From the NCBI GenBank assembly GCA_021780615.1, contig JAJXYJ010000022.1:809-64808 (forward strand): DNA of 64,000 bases, given 5' to 3'. The notes under the pieces are model-generated. The model was not told the origin of the DNA, ran no database searches, and was given only the letters and a program-made list of their open reading frames with translations. Below are positions 1 through 10,239 of this stretch, piece after piece. The number at the start of each line of letters is the position of its first letter. Within the stretch, counting starts at the first letter, position 1. Both the position numbers and the translations under genes were made by a program. The stretch is from a bacterium (GTDB taxonomy: Bacteria; Patescibacteriota; Minisyncoccia; UBA6257; JAGOQP01).

Positions 1-616
1 ATTTGATCCAGGCGATGTCATCTGAAAATACAAAAAACACGGGGTTTTCCACTTGTGCATACATAGCATCAATCGCCTTGTGATAGTACGTCTCCGAGCA
101 TACGCCATAGTTTCTTTGTAATGTCGCATTACTCACATAATCTCCTCGCCGCACATGCACCGACACGGCATTTACTTGCTGCATCGCGTCTGCTATTTTT
201 TTTGCCCGATCACTTAAAGAATTCTTGAGGGTAAAGTCTTTACGGATACTATCAGCAACATCATCAAAATATTTCCAACTTTGCCAAAAGCCGTCCAGAT
301 ATGCATTGTCACCAACATGGAACATATGCTCATCAAACCCCTTATAAAACTGACGAAATATTTTCTTCCGCGTAAAACGATAGATTTTTGAAAGAAGGCC
401 GAGGGGATATTTGAGATTATTAATTTCTGTCTTAGATGCAAAATCTTCAATAATATTAAAATTCCCTAACGCATACAATCTTTGCGTATCATTCGGATGA
501 ATGCCGGTAACAACGTCAATTTTAAAGTTAACGTTGTTATGCAAAGAAGTCGCTCTTCCCATGGCATATTGAAACATCTGATTTCCCAAACCCCCATTTA
601 ATCGAATAATAATCAT
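1..616 (-). CDS. alpha-1,2-fucosyltransferase family (GT11), 3' end cut by window edge
   Basis: Not in ORF track. My translation gives MIIIRLNGGLGNQMFQYA..., DGFWQSWKYF, VSVHVRRGDY, FFVFSDDIAW (GT11 motifs). ATG overlaps the upstream TGA (ATGA). Confidence 0.9.
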   Translation of the reverse strand, partial: MIIIRLNGGLGNQMFQYAMGRATSLHNNVNFKIDVVTGIHPNDTQRLYALGNFNIIEDFASKTEINNLKYPLGLLSKIYRFTRKKIFRQFYKGFDEHMFHVGDNAYLDGFWQSWKYFDDVADSIRKDFTLKNSLSDRAKKIADAMQQVNAVSVHVRRGDYVSNATLQRNYGVCSETYYHKAIDAMYAQVENPVFFVFSDDIAWIK

Positions 617-1299
617 AATGATATATACGTATGAAGCGATGAGTGTCTGAACATAGGATCTTGGCTTGGTGTATAAAACACATGGGCTTTTTTTCCTATG
701 GCGGCAGCAAGTGTCGCAGTCCCAGTTACCAAACAATATATTTCCTTGACCGACGAAAGGATGTCTACAAAATCCCATATAGATGCCGCCCCCAAGAATG
801 CACCAAATGAAAGAATGGGCACAGCTCTCTTCCCAAGTATTCTCATTTGGAAGTCGGGAATGATTACATGCTTCTTAAAGTACCCGCTTACTTTAAAAGC
901 ACTTACGAACCCTGCGCTGGTAATGTAATTGGGATCGTATACGCTCGCAGATTCAAAGCCGGAAATAATTTTAGGCTTATAATACAGCTCCGGGTCATGC
1001 ATTCTCTTCCCGTCATCCAAACCGAAAGAAAGCATTTTATTATCCAGTATATTGTAGTTGTCAGAAGGAACAAAAATACCCTCAGCGCTTTTTCCAGGCC
1101 TATCAACAAAACCATCGATATAGGGATTGAGCTCCCACACTAATTTTTTATACGCCTTGTTTCTAAAATTGGATTCATTGGAAATAAGAACTCGTCGATA
1201 CACCCCTGTTTCTTTGGCGATACGCGGAATATGGCTGTAAAACAGATGATCGCCAAGCCCAGCATTGGGAATAAAAAGAGTCAGCGTTTTATCATTCAT
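613..1299 (-). CDS. putative glycosyltransferase-like protein (GT-B-like)
   Basis: N-terminal GLGDHLF and C-terminal TGTATLAAAIGKK resemble GT9/heptosyltransferase-like folds; lies in glycan operon. Confidence 0.55.
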   Translation of the reverse strand: MNDKTLTLFIPNAGLGDHLFYSHIPRIAKETGVYRRVLISNESNFRNKAYKKLVWELNPYIDGFVDRPGKSAEGIFVPSDNYNILDNKMLSFGLDDGKRMHDPELYYKPKIISGFESASVYDPNYITSAGFVSAFKVSGYFKKHVIIPDFQMRILGKRAVPILSFGAFLGAASIWDFVDILSSVKEIYCLVTGTATLAAAIGKKAHVFYTPSQDPMFRHSSLHTYISL

Positions 1300-1406
1300 G
1301 AGGGTGTCTATCGATTATTTTTATAACCTTGCGTCTTGTCAGCGCAACACACAGAAAAATCCACGCCTGCTCGGCAGCACGGTATAACGTCATTGTATAC
1401 AGCTTC

Positions 1407-2381
1407 CTAATTGCCCTTGTGGTGAGTGAATGTTGCATATAGTTTCGCCTCTATTTTTCGCAAGATATTCCGATGGTAATCCTTGCACGGAAAAACGGAC
1501 TCTAAAAAACCATCTTCCACACTATACCCGAAATGTTTTTCATACAACTCCAAAAATACTCTTGTTTGAGAAACAAGCTCAAGATTATCCAGAACAAACT
1601 GACGCGGAGAAAATGTCTTTTCTTTGACAATCATGCGATCAAGAGATTCGCCAAAAGATTCTATTCCCTTTACCACAATGCCGCACCTGGCATCAAAATA
1701 AGGAGCGGCAGTGCTTTCTTTGTCGAATCGCGTATCGGAAACAGCCTTATCAATCACCAATACGGGAACACCGCATGAAAGCGCCTCCTGGAGCGCAATT
1801 CCCTGGCTCTCATACCCCCCGACCCAGACCATGAATCGCGCTTTTTGAAGAGCATTTTTATATTCGGCTTCATTATACGATCCGTAGCGCATAATTTCAT
1901 ATGGCATGCCCTTGCGCGAAAGCAAGTCGGTAACATGATGCAGATCTTCCTGCTTCCTGTTCTTAAAATAAACCAGAATAACATCTTTGTGTCCGTCGGA
2001 TGTTTTGTATTCTTCCGTATCGATGCCGACCGGCCACACTTCCATCGGCGATGCGGTATATCCTCTCGCACGCCAAACATTCTTTACTATTTCCGATGGC
2101 TGCACATAAACCGTTCTCAAAAGATTTATGCTCCGAGGAATGTTTTCCGGATTCACGAACAAGTTAGGTCCCACGATAATACCCGCATCCTTCCGTATTT
2201 GTTTCAATGCGTACAACGCTGCAACATCATCATGTATCCACAGGCGTTTGCAGCAGTTCAGGTCCTTATTAATGACATACGGATACCCCATTCTCTCCAG
2301 ACCCTTCACTAGATTATGCACAACTTTGTGTGGGCCACGGATAGTAGTATTGCGGAACGATTCGGAAATAATATTTATCAT
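1407..2381 (-). CDS. glycosyltransferase (GT4-like)
   Basis: ESQGIALQEALSCGVPVL motif (E-x7-E). Confidence 0.8.
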   Translation of the reverse strand: MINIISESFRNTTIRGPHKVVHNLVKGLERMGYPYVINKDLNCCKRLWIHDDVAALYALKQIRKDAGIIVGPNLFVNPENIPRSINLLRTVYVQPSEIVKNVWRARGYTASPMEVWPVGIDTEEYKTSDGHKDVILVYFKNRKQEDLHHVTDLLSRKGMPYEIMRYGSYNEAEYKNALQKARFMVWVGGYESQGIALQEALSCGVPVLVIDKAVSDTRFDKESTAAPYFDARCGIVVKGIESFGESLDRMIVKEKTFSPRQFVLDNLELVSQTRVFLELYEKHFGYSVEDGFLESVFPCKDYHRNILRKIEAKLYATFTHHKGN

Positions 2382-3064
2382 AACACTTTAATCCCCCTGA
2401 ATCCTTTGTACCTCCCTTCCACCCCTTCTATCTGCGGACCAAAAAAATCAAGTTCGTAACCGGACAAGACTGACCGCCACCACTCCTGTGTACGCACATG
2501 CCACATAAGATGGTGATGTTCAATGCCCCACGGTTCACTAAAGCCAAGAATGCTTCCTTTGGGAGCTGACCGCAACACGGCACATATTTTCAAAACCTCT
2601 TCATCGCGCAAATGAGCAAAAACACATCCGGTAAAAAAGGCCGCCGGCTTATCAATCTTCTTCATAAGGGCGGCAAGCTGTTCTTCGGCAAATCCCTGTA
2701 TCCAATGAATGTTCCCGAATGCAGCGCCTGTATATATCTTACGTGCAATAATAATCGCTGCATCGGACGGCTCAATGGCATACACATCTTTAAAATAGCG
2801 GCTTAACTCTGCCGATAGCCAGCCCGCACCCGATCCGATATCAATAGCAATATCTCTATGATTTGGGTACATTTCTAAAAGATCTCTGAATTTATTCTCA
2901 GGACCATTGAATAGATCCTCGCGCTTATATTTTTCTGCCGTCGCCTTTTCTACGGCAAGCTTGCCCTCCTCTTCATACTCGGCATTGTGGCGCTTGTAGC
3001 TGCTCTTTTTTCCCTGAAAAAAGCGCGAAACAGTGTCTCGAATGAATATCTTTATTAGTTTCAT
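2378..3064 (-). CDS. class I SAM-dependent methyltransferase
   Basis: IDIGSGAG motif I; AIEPS motif II. Confidence 0.85.
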   Translation of the reverse strand: MKLIKIFIRDTVSRFFQGKKSSYKRHNAEYEEEGKLAVEKATAEKYKREDLFNGPENKFRDLLEMYPNHRDIAIDIGSGAGWLSAELSRYFKDVYAIEPSDAAIIIARKIYTGAAFGNIHWIQGFAEEQLAALMKKIDKPAAFFTGCVFAHLRDEEVLKICAVLRSAPKGSILGFSEPWGIEHHHLMWHVRTQEWWRSVLSGYELDFFGPQIEGVEGRYKGFRGIKVL

Positions 3065-4353
3065 ATCTCAGGTATATCAGAAAAAGCGGAATCAATCCAT
3101 TGCTCAAACGTTCCAATGTTGTTCTGTATAAGGAATAAAGGAGCTCCCTTTTGATATGCCGAATCGCCCATTGCAGCCAACTTCCCCTCTTTTTTTAATG
3201 AAACAAACTCTTCCATAAAAGAGGCGTACGCATCCGCATCATCGATACCAGCCACTCTGCTGAAGGAATTATCTAAATATTCAAGGTGCGCATTCCATAG
3301 ACGGGACCGGTGCGTAATAACAGGTTTTTTTGAAAGCATCGCTTCAGCTATGTTAAGCCCAAACGACTCCCCATCGGCACGAAAATGCGCCAACACATCA
3401 ATAGCAGCATAAAACGCCCACACATCTTCTTCACGAAAGCTCGGATCAAGAAAATGCACGTGGGGTATGCGTTCGTCCTCCACGATTTTTCTGAGAATCG
3501 GCGGCGGAGACATGATAAGATAATGTGCCTGGGGATATGTTTGCACAATTTTCTGAAACGCCCTGATGCCTATGGGATCAAAAATTCCATCATCAGCCCT
3601 TCCAATTCTTCCAAAAACTATATCATTGTCAGAGAGCCCCAGAGAACTCCGTAAACCAATCCCTCTCTTGAAAGAATCGGACAAGGGCCCCTCCGTTGGT
3701 ATATACATTACTTCAAGGCCCTTTTCTCCAACGTATTGAGAAACTCTTTTTTTAACCTCTTGGGAAATGCATATGCTCTTGGCGACATTTTTCTGGACCA
3801 ATGGCGATGCAAAAATATTAATCAGAATGATTGGAATAGCATTAATAAGATTAAACGGAAATTCGTTGTATCCAGATCCAGCCGTCACCAAAAGATCTAT
3901 GTTTTTTTCGCGCAGCACCTCAAAAACGGACGGACACATGCCATGCACCACATACGGATACAAAGAGTCCATGGAAGCATAGTCAAACTCAATAAGTTCA
4001 ACATCTCCGCTTTTCACATACTCAGCTCTCCCGTCCAGGCGAATACCTCCGGAACTCCCTCTGGGCTTAGGGGAGTACATGAAATACACATTATACCTTT
4101 CCTTATTCAGGTGCCTTGCTAGAATTTGCAGATTTTTTTCAGTACCACCAAAACTGAGTCCGGAAATATGGTAAAAAAGGATATTCTTTTTTCCCCCATG
4201 GGGCGTCGACACATAAGATACATCCTTTTTCTCCAAACGAAGCTGCTTTAGCGCCTTCCGTTTTCCCAATTGTTCACGCATGCGTACAACCATCCTCTTT
4301 AAAAAAAGAGGAAGACGTAAGAATATTTCTTTTGCAACGATACACATACTCAT
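3061..4353 (-). CDS. glycosyltransferase family 4
   Basis: FGGTEK N-terminal loop; GESFGLNIAEAMLSKKPVIT. Confidence 0.9.
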   Translation of the reverse strand: MSMCIVAKEIFLRLPLFLKRMVVRMREQLGKRKALKQLRLEKKDVSYVSTPHGGKKNILFYHISGLSFGGTEKNLQILARHLNKERYNVYFMYSPKPRGSSGGIRLDGRAEYVKSGDVELIEFDYASMDSLYPYVVHGMCPSVFEVLREKNIDLLVTAGSGYNEFPFNLINAIPIILINIFASPLVQKNVAKSICISQEVKKRVSQYVGEKGLEVMYIPTEGPLSDSFKRGIGLRSSLGLSDNDIVFGRIGRADDGIFDPIGIRAFQKIVQTYPQAHYLIMSPPPILRKIVEDERIPHVHFLDPSFREEDVWAFYAAIDVLAHFRADGESFGLNIAEAMLSKKPVITHRSRLWNAHLEYLDNSFSRVAGIDDADAYASFMEEFVSLKKEGKLAAMGDSAYQKGAPLFLIQNNIGTFEQWIDSAFSDIPEI

Positions 4354-5285
4354 TTCAATATCTTGTTTTTTATATCGTTTGCCCGCACCACAATTGGATG
4401 AAATGTCTTTGCCTTTGGCTCGCGCCCAACTCGCCGCACGAATTCGTCATGGAGCTGGCGCACGTGCCATATCTGTAGCGGCTCAAAGAATCCGATGCCG
4501 TACTGATCGAACCAATCCAAAATCTGCTGTAAGTGCCAGGTGGGAGGAAGCGCATCCAAATGTTTAGGCAATTCTATTCCTTCAAGCCATCTTTGAGGAA
4601 CGGGCGTAAGATGCGTGTCCGGTACATCTAATGTTATGGAATAGGTATTATTAATACGTTGTGGACTTCTGTCGCCTTTTATTAATTCAACGCATCGATA
4701 CCACGCCTGTTTTATCTGCGCCCGTTCCCACGGTACAAATTGAAGATGGAGCAATGGGAACATTTCTTCCCGCACCATTCCGGTCCCCGGCCCGGGAACA
4801 CGGGTAGTATGGTCGTTTATGACAAATTCCCTTTTATAATCCATCTTCCTGTCATCCCAAAACGCTATTGGCTTATACGATTTTTGCCATGCTCCATCGC
4901 ACCGGTATCGGAACAATGATTTCCATAATTGCACCCAGTTGAATTCAAACAGAAATCCAGGCGATAATTTCCCGAGAAGATGGGGCAGTTCGTTCTGAAA
5001 AAATATCGGCAAAATGAATTCGTCCGCATCGAGGCAGAACACCATATTCTCACCATCAAAATCACGCGCCGCATCAAGCAATTGCCACCGCACCTTATTC
5101 GAATGCCCGGACTCCTTGTTGTCTATTAATACGACTTTGTGAAATTTTTTTATTATCTCCCTGGACCCATCGTTCGACATCTGATCCGCAATAATAATGT
5201 GGTCTGAAAAAATAGATGCGTTCTTCAAGAACGATTCCAATATCCAATCCTCATTTTTTGTCGGAAGAAGGGTAATTATTTTCAT
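4350..5285 (-). CDS. glycosyltransferase family 2
   Basis: KNED, DQMSNDGS and LDADE (DxD) motifs. Confidence 0.85.
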   Translation of the reverse strand: MKIITLLPTKNEDWILESFLKNASIFSDHIIIADQMSNDGSREIIKKFHKVVLIDNKESGHSNKVRWQLLDAARDFDGENMVFCLDADEFILPIFFQNELPHLLGKLSPGFLFEFNWVQLWKSLFRYRCDGAWQKSYKPIAFWDDRKMDYKREFVINDHTTRVPGPGTGMVREEMFPLLHLQFVPWERAQIKQAWYRCVELIKGDRSPQRINNTYSITLDVPDTHLTPVPQRWLEGIELPKHLDALPPTWHLQQILDWFDQYGIGFFEPLQIWHVRQLHDEFVRRVGREPKAKTFHPIVVRANDIKNKILK

Positions 5286-6030
5286 GTTTTTTTAACTTCT
5301 TAAAAAGGGCATTCAGAAAAGCGTTTGTATTTTTAAAATATTTTAACCACCGCACTATCACATTTCCTCTTTGGGTCTTCCTATAAATCCTCCACATCTC
5401 CTTTTGCGTAATGGGTCTTTCTAAAAAATACTCAAAAATCTCTTTTCCTGAATTAAGCCAATTTTCAAAATAATCAAAAGAGTCTCTCCATTCAATCCTC
5501 AAAACAAGGTCATCTTTTTTACTTGCTTTCCGCATTTTATTAAGCACCCTATAATAAACATAAAAATATTTAAACGTAAATCTTATCTTCCCATCAACTA
5601 AATCGATAATCCATCTATGATGAGCCGCCCCAGTTAATTTTTTTGTCTCTATGCCAAAAGTTTGTTCATATATCCTTGATGGTATTTCTATATACCCGGA
5701 CTTACTCACTCGTATAATTTCTGAGCATACCCACAATGGATCCCTAATATCTTCAAGAACATGGGAACAGATGCTGTAATCAAATTGCTTATCATAAAAT
5801 GGCCAAAGTTCGCGAGAACATATATCATGCTGCACATAGGTGTCTTTTGAAAATCTCTCCTTACTATTTCCTTTCGCCTGATTCCAATGGACATTGTCAT
5901 AGGGAACAATATCTATAACAACATCAGCTCTTTTCGTAGGAGCATACGCAGCACCAACATCAAGAACCTTAAAGGAATCAGGAATTGTTTTTAAAATATC
6001 CAACAAAGGGGTTTCTGTTTTTTTAAGCAT
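5251..6030 (-). CDS. SAM-dependent methyltransferase (type 11-like)
   Basis: VLDVGA; FDYSICSHVLEDIRDP. Start moved to the ATG at 6030. Confidence 0.8.
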   Translation of the reverse strand: MLKKTETPLLDILKTIPDSFKVLDVGAAYAPTKRADVVIDIVPYDNVHWNQAKGNSKERFSKDTYVQHDICSRELWPFYDKQFDYSICSHVLEDIRDPLWVCSEIIRVSKSGYIEIPSRIYEQTFGIETKKLTGAAHHRWIIDLVDGKIRFTFKYFYVYYRVLNKMRKASKKDDLVLRIEWRDSFDYFENWLNSGKEIFEYFLERPITQKEMWRIYRKTQRGNVIVRWLKYFKNTNAFLNALFKKLKKHENNYPSSDKK

Positions 6031-6107
6031 ACAATCTGTAAAAGGTGTTAAAAATAAAAATATTCCCACATCTCAAGACTAAACCAGTAATCAATTTCAT
6101 ATCTACG

Positions 6108-6827
6108 CTATTTTTTTGAAAGTTTATCAAAAACACTAAATTTCTTATAGATTCTATCATTTTCCTCAATGTGAAGGAAATTTCTTCCTCCACTCAAACT
6201 ACGTCCATTATTTTTAAATTCTCCTCCAATTTCATTTGATTTTATAAAGTTACTAACCTGAGCAGCTCTCACGCACCACTCAAAATCACCGGCTATTTTA
6301 AAGCTTTCATCAAATGGCCCAACCTTCTCATAGAAATCCTTTGAGAACATAAAAAATGGTCCGCAGTGCATGGATTCAGTAAATTCTTTTCTATCAAATT
6401 TAGGAGGAATAATAAGCTTCTTTTTAGCCAAAACATTAATGCCCGCAATCCTTATATACCTCTTGTACCAAAATGGAAAATAAACCAAAGATGATTCTTT
6501 TTGCAGCAATTTAATGCCATCAACAACAGCATTAGCATACCGAATATCATCAACATTCCAAAAGGCAATATAATCACCATGAGCCAAAGAAATGCCCCTA
6601 TTCCAACTGGCATAAAGCCCTTCTAATTCAACCTTAAGCACCCTAAACCAGTTTGACTCCGCGCTCCTTAAAAGATCTTCCTCTTTCCTCGATGTATTGT
6701 TGCTAATAATAATAATCTCAAAATCAATCTCCTTTCCAGATATATTTTTTGCAAAGCGATCAATGGCAGATAGGTATGTTTTTAAATATTTCTCTGATTT
6801 ATAAAGAGATGTTATAAATGAAATCAT
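6108..6827 (-). CDS. glycosyltransferase family 2
   Basis: GLYASWNRGI, WNVDD, GPFDESFKIAGDFEW. Start moved to the ATG at 6827. Confidence 0.88.
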   Translation of the reverse strand: MISFITSLYKSEKYLKTYLSAIDRFAKNISGKEIDFEIIIISNNTSRKEEDLLRSAESNWFRVLKVELEGLYASWNRGISLAHGDYIAFWNVDDIRYANAVVDGIKLLQKESSLVYFPFWYKRYIRIAGINVLAKKKLIIPPKFDRKEFTESMHCGPFFMFSKDFYEKVGPFDESFKIAGDFEWCVRAAQVSNFIKSNEIGGEFKNNGRSLSGGRNFLHIEENDRIYKKFSVFDKLSKK

Positions 6828-6828
6828 G

Positions 6829-7683
6829 TCATTTTTTTGGCTTGGCCACAAAACTATCGTCAGATGCGACTAATGAATCAAGATTATTTAAAGTACATTT
6901 TCCCCCGCTAAGAGAAAAAAGATCATAACCATTTTGTTCAAACCAGACGTATATATCTCTATGGTTATAGGGATAATTTTTAAGATTCAATAAAGAAATT
7001 TCCAGAAAAATTACCGGCTGGCAATGCTGTATAAAATAATGACCTCCATCAAGTATAAATAGTTCGGCACCCTCGGTATCAATCTTTATTACATTAATCA
7101 TGGGCTTACCAATACCAGCCCACCACTCGTCTAACGTCACAACATCAATTTCTATGTTCTTAAACTTCTCTCCACGTCCAGTATTTATTAATCCATCACC
7201 ACAAGAAGCCCAATCCTCATGTGAAACAAAATTTGTCCGACCAGAAATATTACTCACCCCCTGACGAAAAAGTTTTATACGCTCACCAAGCTGATTAGCA
7301 AAAATCGTGATAGAAAATAATTCACTCTGATTGTCTCCTGGCTCAAAAGCATATATATGAGCATCTAAAACCTTGCTTGCAACATACAAACTAATCAAGC
7401 CTATATTGGCGCCTATATCTAAAAATAGTTTTTGTTCTGTTTTCTCAAGTTCGTTTACGACTTTTTCACATAACTCTCTTTCATATATCCGATCAGGGCT
7501 TCCAAAACGAATTCTCTCAATAAGACCATTTCCCCTTCCATAATAAAGGTCAAACCCGCAATATTTCATGTTATTAAGGTATGGCTTAAATGTGTCAAAA
7601 AAACCATATAACAAGGACCTCATCTTGCGCAGATAAGCCAAAGAGAATTTGGGAAAAATTTTTTTAAATGTAACCATGGTCAT
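6829..7683 (-). CDS. FkbM family methyltransferase
   Basis: FLDIGANIG, YAFEP, IKIDTEGAE. Confidence 0.92.
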   Translation of the reverse strand: MTMVTFKKIFPKFSLAYLRKMRSLLYGFFDTFKPYLNNMKYCGFDLYYGRGNGLIERIRFGSPDRIYERELCEKVVNELEKTEQKLFLDIGANIGLISLYVASKVLDAHIYAFEPGDNQSELFSITIFANQLGERIKLFRQGVSNISGRTNFVSHEDWASCGDGLINTGRGEKFKNIEIDVVTLDEWWAGIGKPMINVIKIDTEGAELFILDGGHYFIQHCQPVIFLEISLLNLKNYPYNHRDIYVWFEQNGYDLFSLSGGKCTLNNLDSLVASDDSFVAKPKK

Positions 7684-7686
7684 ATT

Positions 7687-8556
7687 CTATAATTTAGATT
7701 TAATGTTTCTTAAAATAGTTTTCATAAAAATCATTAAAGTAATAATTACTTTATTAAATTTTTGCACATACGAACGACCGCCTGACGCATACCATAATTT
7801 TATAAATTCCAATTCTTTATAATTTAAACGTATATTCCAAATTAATTGATGAGGGTGATCAACTTTACCAATGGGACTAGCAAATTTATGAACATCATGA
7901 ATCTTGAAATCACCCAGATATTGCCTCATAAGCAATGACAAAAGAGTGGTATCGTGTCTAAATAATTTACAACCTCTCACAAATTGATTTTTATTTACAC
8001 CCTTATTTTTCCAAAGATCCCCAGAGGAAAACCCAAGAGTTAACCCTGCCACACTTGCATCATAAAGATGGTGCGTGACCGGAGTAATAACTGAATCATT
8101 TTTGAATCCAAAAATCCCCGCAGCAATACACGTTTCCTGAAAATATTTTTCTTCTATGGGAAATAATTTTTTGAATTCATGCGGAGTAATGAGTTCCAGC
8201 GGCACATCTTGGCTAACCGAAAAATAACCATCAGACTCAATAAGATTAAATATCTCATCCAGTGGACGAAGTACTTGGCACCCGGCGTCAAGATAAAAAT
8301 TAAGGCGCGCTTTGGGATGGATAAAAATATAAGATTTCCACGTATAACAGCTTCTCCAATGATTACAAAAGGCAGGTATAGGAAGAACGGTCACTCCATT
8401 CATGCCATTCAATTCCGCAACAAAATTTGGGAGCAGACCAAGGTTGTATACAAAAATAGGAGGATGGTCCTTGTAATTCGCCTCTATGGATCCTATAAGG
8501 TTAATAAGCGAAGGGAAAAATTTGTTCGAACATGATGTTATGATGGCGCGTTCCAT
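7687..8556 (-). CDS. putative glycosyltransferase-like protein (GT-A/DUF1647-like)
   Basis: YNLGL, YTWK, FYLDAG, FRHD motifs; glycan operon context. Confidence 0.55.
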   Translation of the reverse strand: MERAIITSCSNKFFPSLINLIGSIEANYKDHPPIFVYNLGLLPNFVAELNGMNGVTVLPIPAFCNHWRSCYTWKSYIFIHPKARLNFYLDAGCQVLRPLDEIFNLIESDGYFSVSQDVPLELITPHEFKKLFPIEEKYFQETCIAAGIFGFKNDSVITPVTHHLYDASVAGLTLGFSSGDLWKNKGVNKNQFVRGCKLFRHDTTLLSLLMRQYLGDFKIHDVHKFASPIGKVDHPHQLIWNIRLNYKELEFIKLWYASGGRSYVQKFNKVIITLMIFMKTILRNIKSKL

Positions 8557-8569
8557 GGATATAGAAATA

Positions 8570-9922
8570 TTATTTAAAATTAAACACAAACCCCTGAAGA
8601 ATGAATTTTAGTTGCTTTCTGGTTTTTTTGAAAAATGCCATAGATAAAGGGACCAGAGAATAAGATATGAGTGTGGCAATTGCCCCGCCTATAATGCCGT
8701 ATCGTGGTATGAATAATATGTTCAACAACACATTAGTAACCATGCCAACCATAGAAGAAATAAAAATTATTTTCGTATAATTCTCTGCGATAAGATACTG
8801 ATTGACTGCCACTCCCAACGATACCGCAACACCCGCCCACACGTAGATTTGCAACACAGGCACAGCTTCTCCATAAGCGCTTCCGTACAAAAAGACAACG
8901 ACAACGTGCGATAGGATAAATATGGGGACAATGATACCAAGAGAAAACCATATCAAAAGAGAATAAAGTCTCTTGAGACGAATGGCATAAAAATCTTCCC
9001 CAACTTTTTTTGCATTAATAATAGCGGGAAAAAGAGAGCTGACTATGGCTGCGGGGAAAAAATACCACGCCTCAGAAAGACGCGCCGCAACATCATACAG
9101 TCCTACCGCAGCAGAATTCATGAGTTGACCGATGATAATCTGATCAATTCGTGAATAGATTGCCGTAAAGGCAGCCGCCAAGATAATGGGCCATGAATCC
9201 ATAAGCATTCTTTTTGCAATAGAAGAGTTGAAATACCAATGAAACACGCTGTGTGCTTCCTTGTGGTAGAGATACACATAACCAATTGCATAAAGAATCG
9301 TTTCAGACATAAAAATAAAAGAGAAGTAGAAAACATTAACGCCAAGAATAACAAAAATTATTTTAAGAACAGAAAGGGTTACCGCAACAATAATGGACAT
9401 AATCGTTGGATTCCGGGAAATAACCTTTGATTGGAAATAATAGCTAATAATGGAAAACGGTTGGAAAAAGAAAGATGCGGCAATAATGGCAATCATTATC
9501 GTTGTCAGAGATATGCCATTAAGAACAGCCGACACAACGCACACCAAAAGAAATGCAAAAAAAGCTCCTATAAACTTGAGCATGAGAGCGGTACCAAAAT
9601 ATTTTCTCTGCTCATCGGGGTGAGCCACAAGTTCCCGAAATAGGATATTATCAATCCCAAGACTGGCTATGAATGAAAACAATCCAGAGAAGCTTATGGC
9701 GTAACTCAAGATGCCATAATTACTCGGGCCAAGATAGCGGGCAAGATATGCCGTCACAAAGAATGCGACTATCATCGTGATAATCTTTCCCACAAATATC
9801 CATCCGGTATTTTTAAAATACCGCCGAAACCCTTCGTGCACTCGCAAACGCGCAAACGCATCGGTAAAAAAACTTACCGTATTATCATATTGCAAAACAA
9901 TTTTTTCCTTTACACCATTCAT
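8570..9922 (-). CDS. wzx: polysaccharide flippase (Wzx/MOP family)
   Basis: Many TM segments; LARYLGPSNYG, YSRIDQIIIG, VGLYDVAARL, IPRYGIIGGAIAT. Confidence 0.9.
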   Translation of the reverse strand: MNGVKEKIVLQYDNTVSFFTDAFARLRVHEGFRRYFKNTGWIFVGKIITMIVAFFVTAYLARYLGPSNYGILSYAISFSGLFSFIASLGIDNILFRELVAHPDEQRKYFGTALMLKFIGAFFAFLLVCVVSAVLNGISLTTIMIAIIAASFFFQPFSIISYYFQSKVISRNPTIMSIIVAVTLSVLKIIFVILGVNVFYFSFIFMSETILYAIGYVYLYHKEAHSVFHWYFNSSIAKRMLMDSWPIILAAAFTAIYSRIDQIIIGQLMNSAAVGLYDVAARLSEAWYFFPAAIVSSLFPAIINAKKVGEDFYAIRLKRLYSLLIWFSLGIIVPIFILSHVVVVFLYGSAYGEAVPVLQIYVWAGVAVSLGVAVNQYLIAENYTKIIFISSMVGMVTNVLLNILFIPRYGIIGGAIATLISYSLVPLSMAFFKKTRKQLKFILQGFVFNFK

Positions 9923-9928
9923 AACTAA

Positions 9929-10177
9929 TTACCAATTTTTTGTTTTTTCTTTTGCTTCCGATTTTACCTTTTGGTATGCATCAGTCGCCTTTTGATCAAC
10001 TTCCGGAGAAAGCAGGCGCAAAAGCTCATGCCCCAAAATACGATATTGTCCGCCTATCTTATTGGCACGAATAAGCCCCCGTTTTAACAGGCGCTTTATC
10101 GTGCTTTCACTTATTTTAAGTATTTTGCGGGTCTCTTCGGTGGTGTATACCGCCGTTGGTTTTATCTCCTCCTGCAT
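9929..10177 (-). CDS. small excisionase/MerR-like helix-turn-helix DNA-binding protein
   Basis: YTTEETRKILKISESTIKRLLKRGLIRANKIGGQYRI is a typical Xis/HTH_17 pattern. Confidence 0.85.
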   Translation of the reverse strand: MQEEIKPTAVYTTEETRKILKISESTIKRLLKRGLIRANKIGGQYRILGHELLRLLSPEVDQKATDAYQKVKSEAKEKTKNW

Positions 10178-10214
10178 AGGTCAGATTATAGCAGAAAGGG
10201 TCAGAAAGGGTCAA
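10178..10214 (-). promoter_or_regulatory. sigma70 promoter of a probable leaderless transcript, overlapped by 10-bp direct repeats
   Basis: Minus strand reads TTGACC-18 nt-TATAAT (with TGn extension)-7 nt-ATG; TGACCCTTTC occurs twice in tandem. Confidence 0.75.
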
Positions 10215-10239
10215 GAGGGCTATTCTATTATGAGAATAG

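Noticed and set aside
9929-10177. Prophage or ICE excisionase
   Set aside because: No integrase, att site or phage genes nearby; it is positioned as the first gene of a glycan operon.
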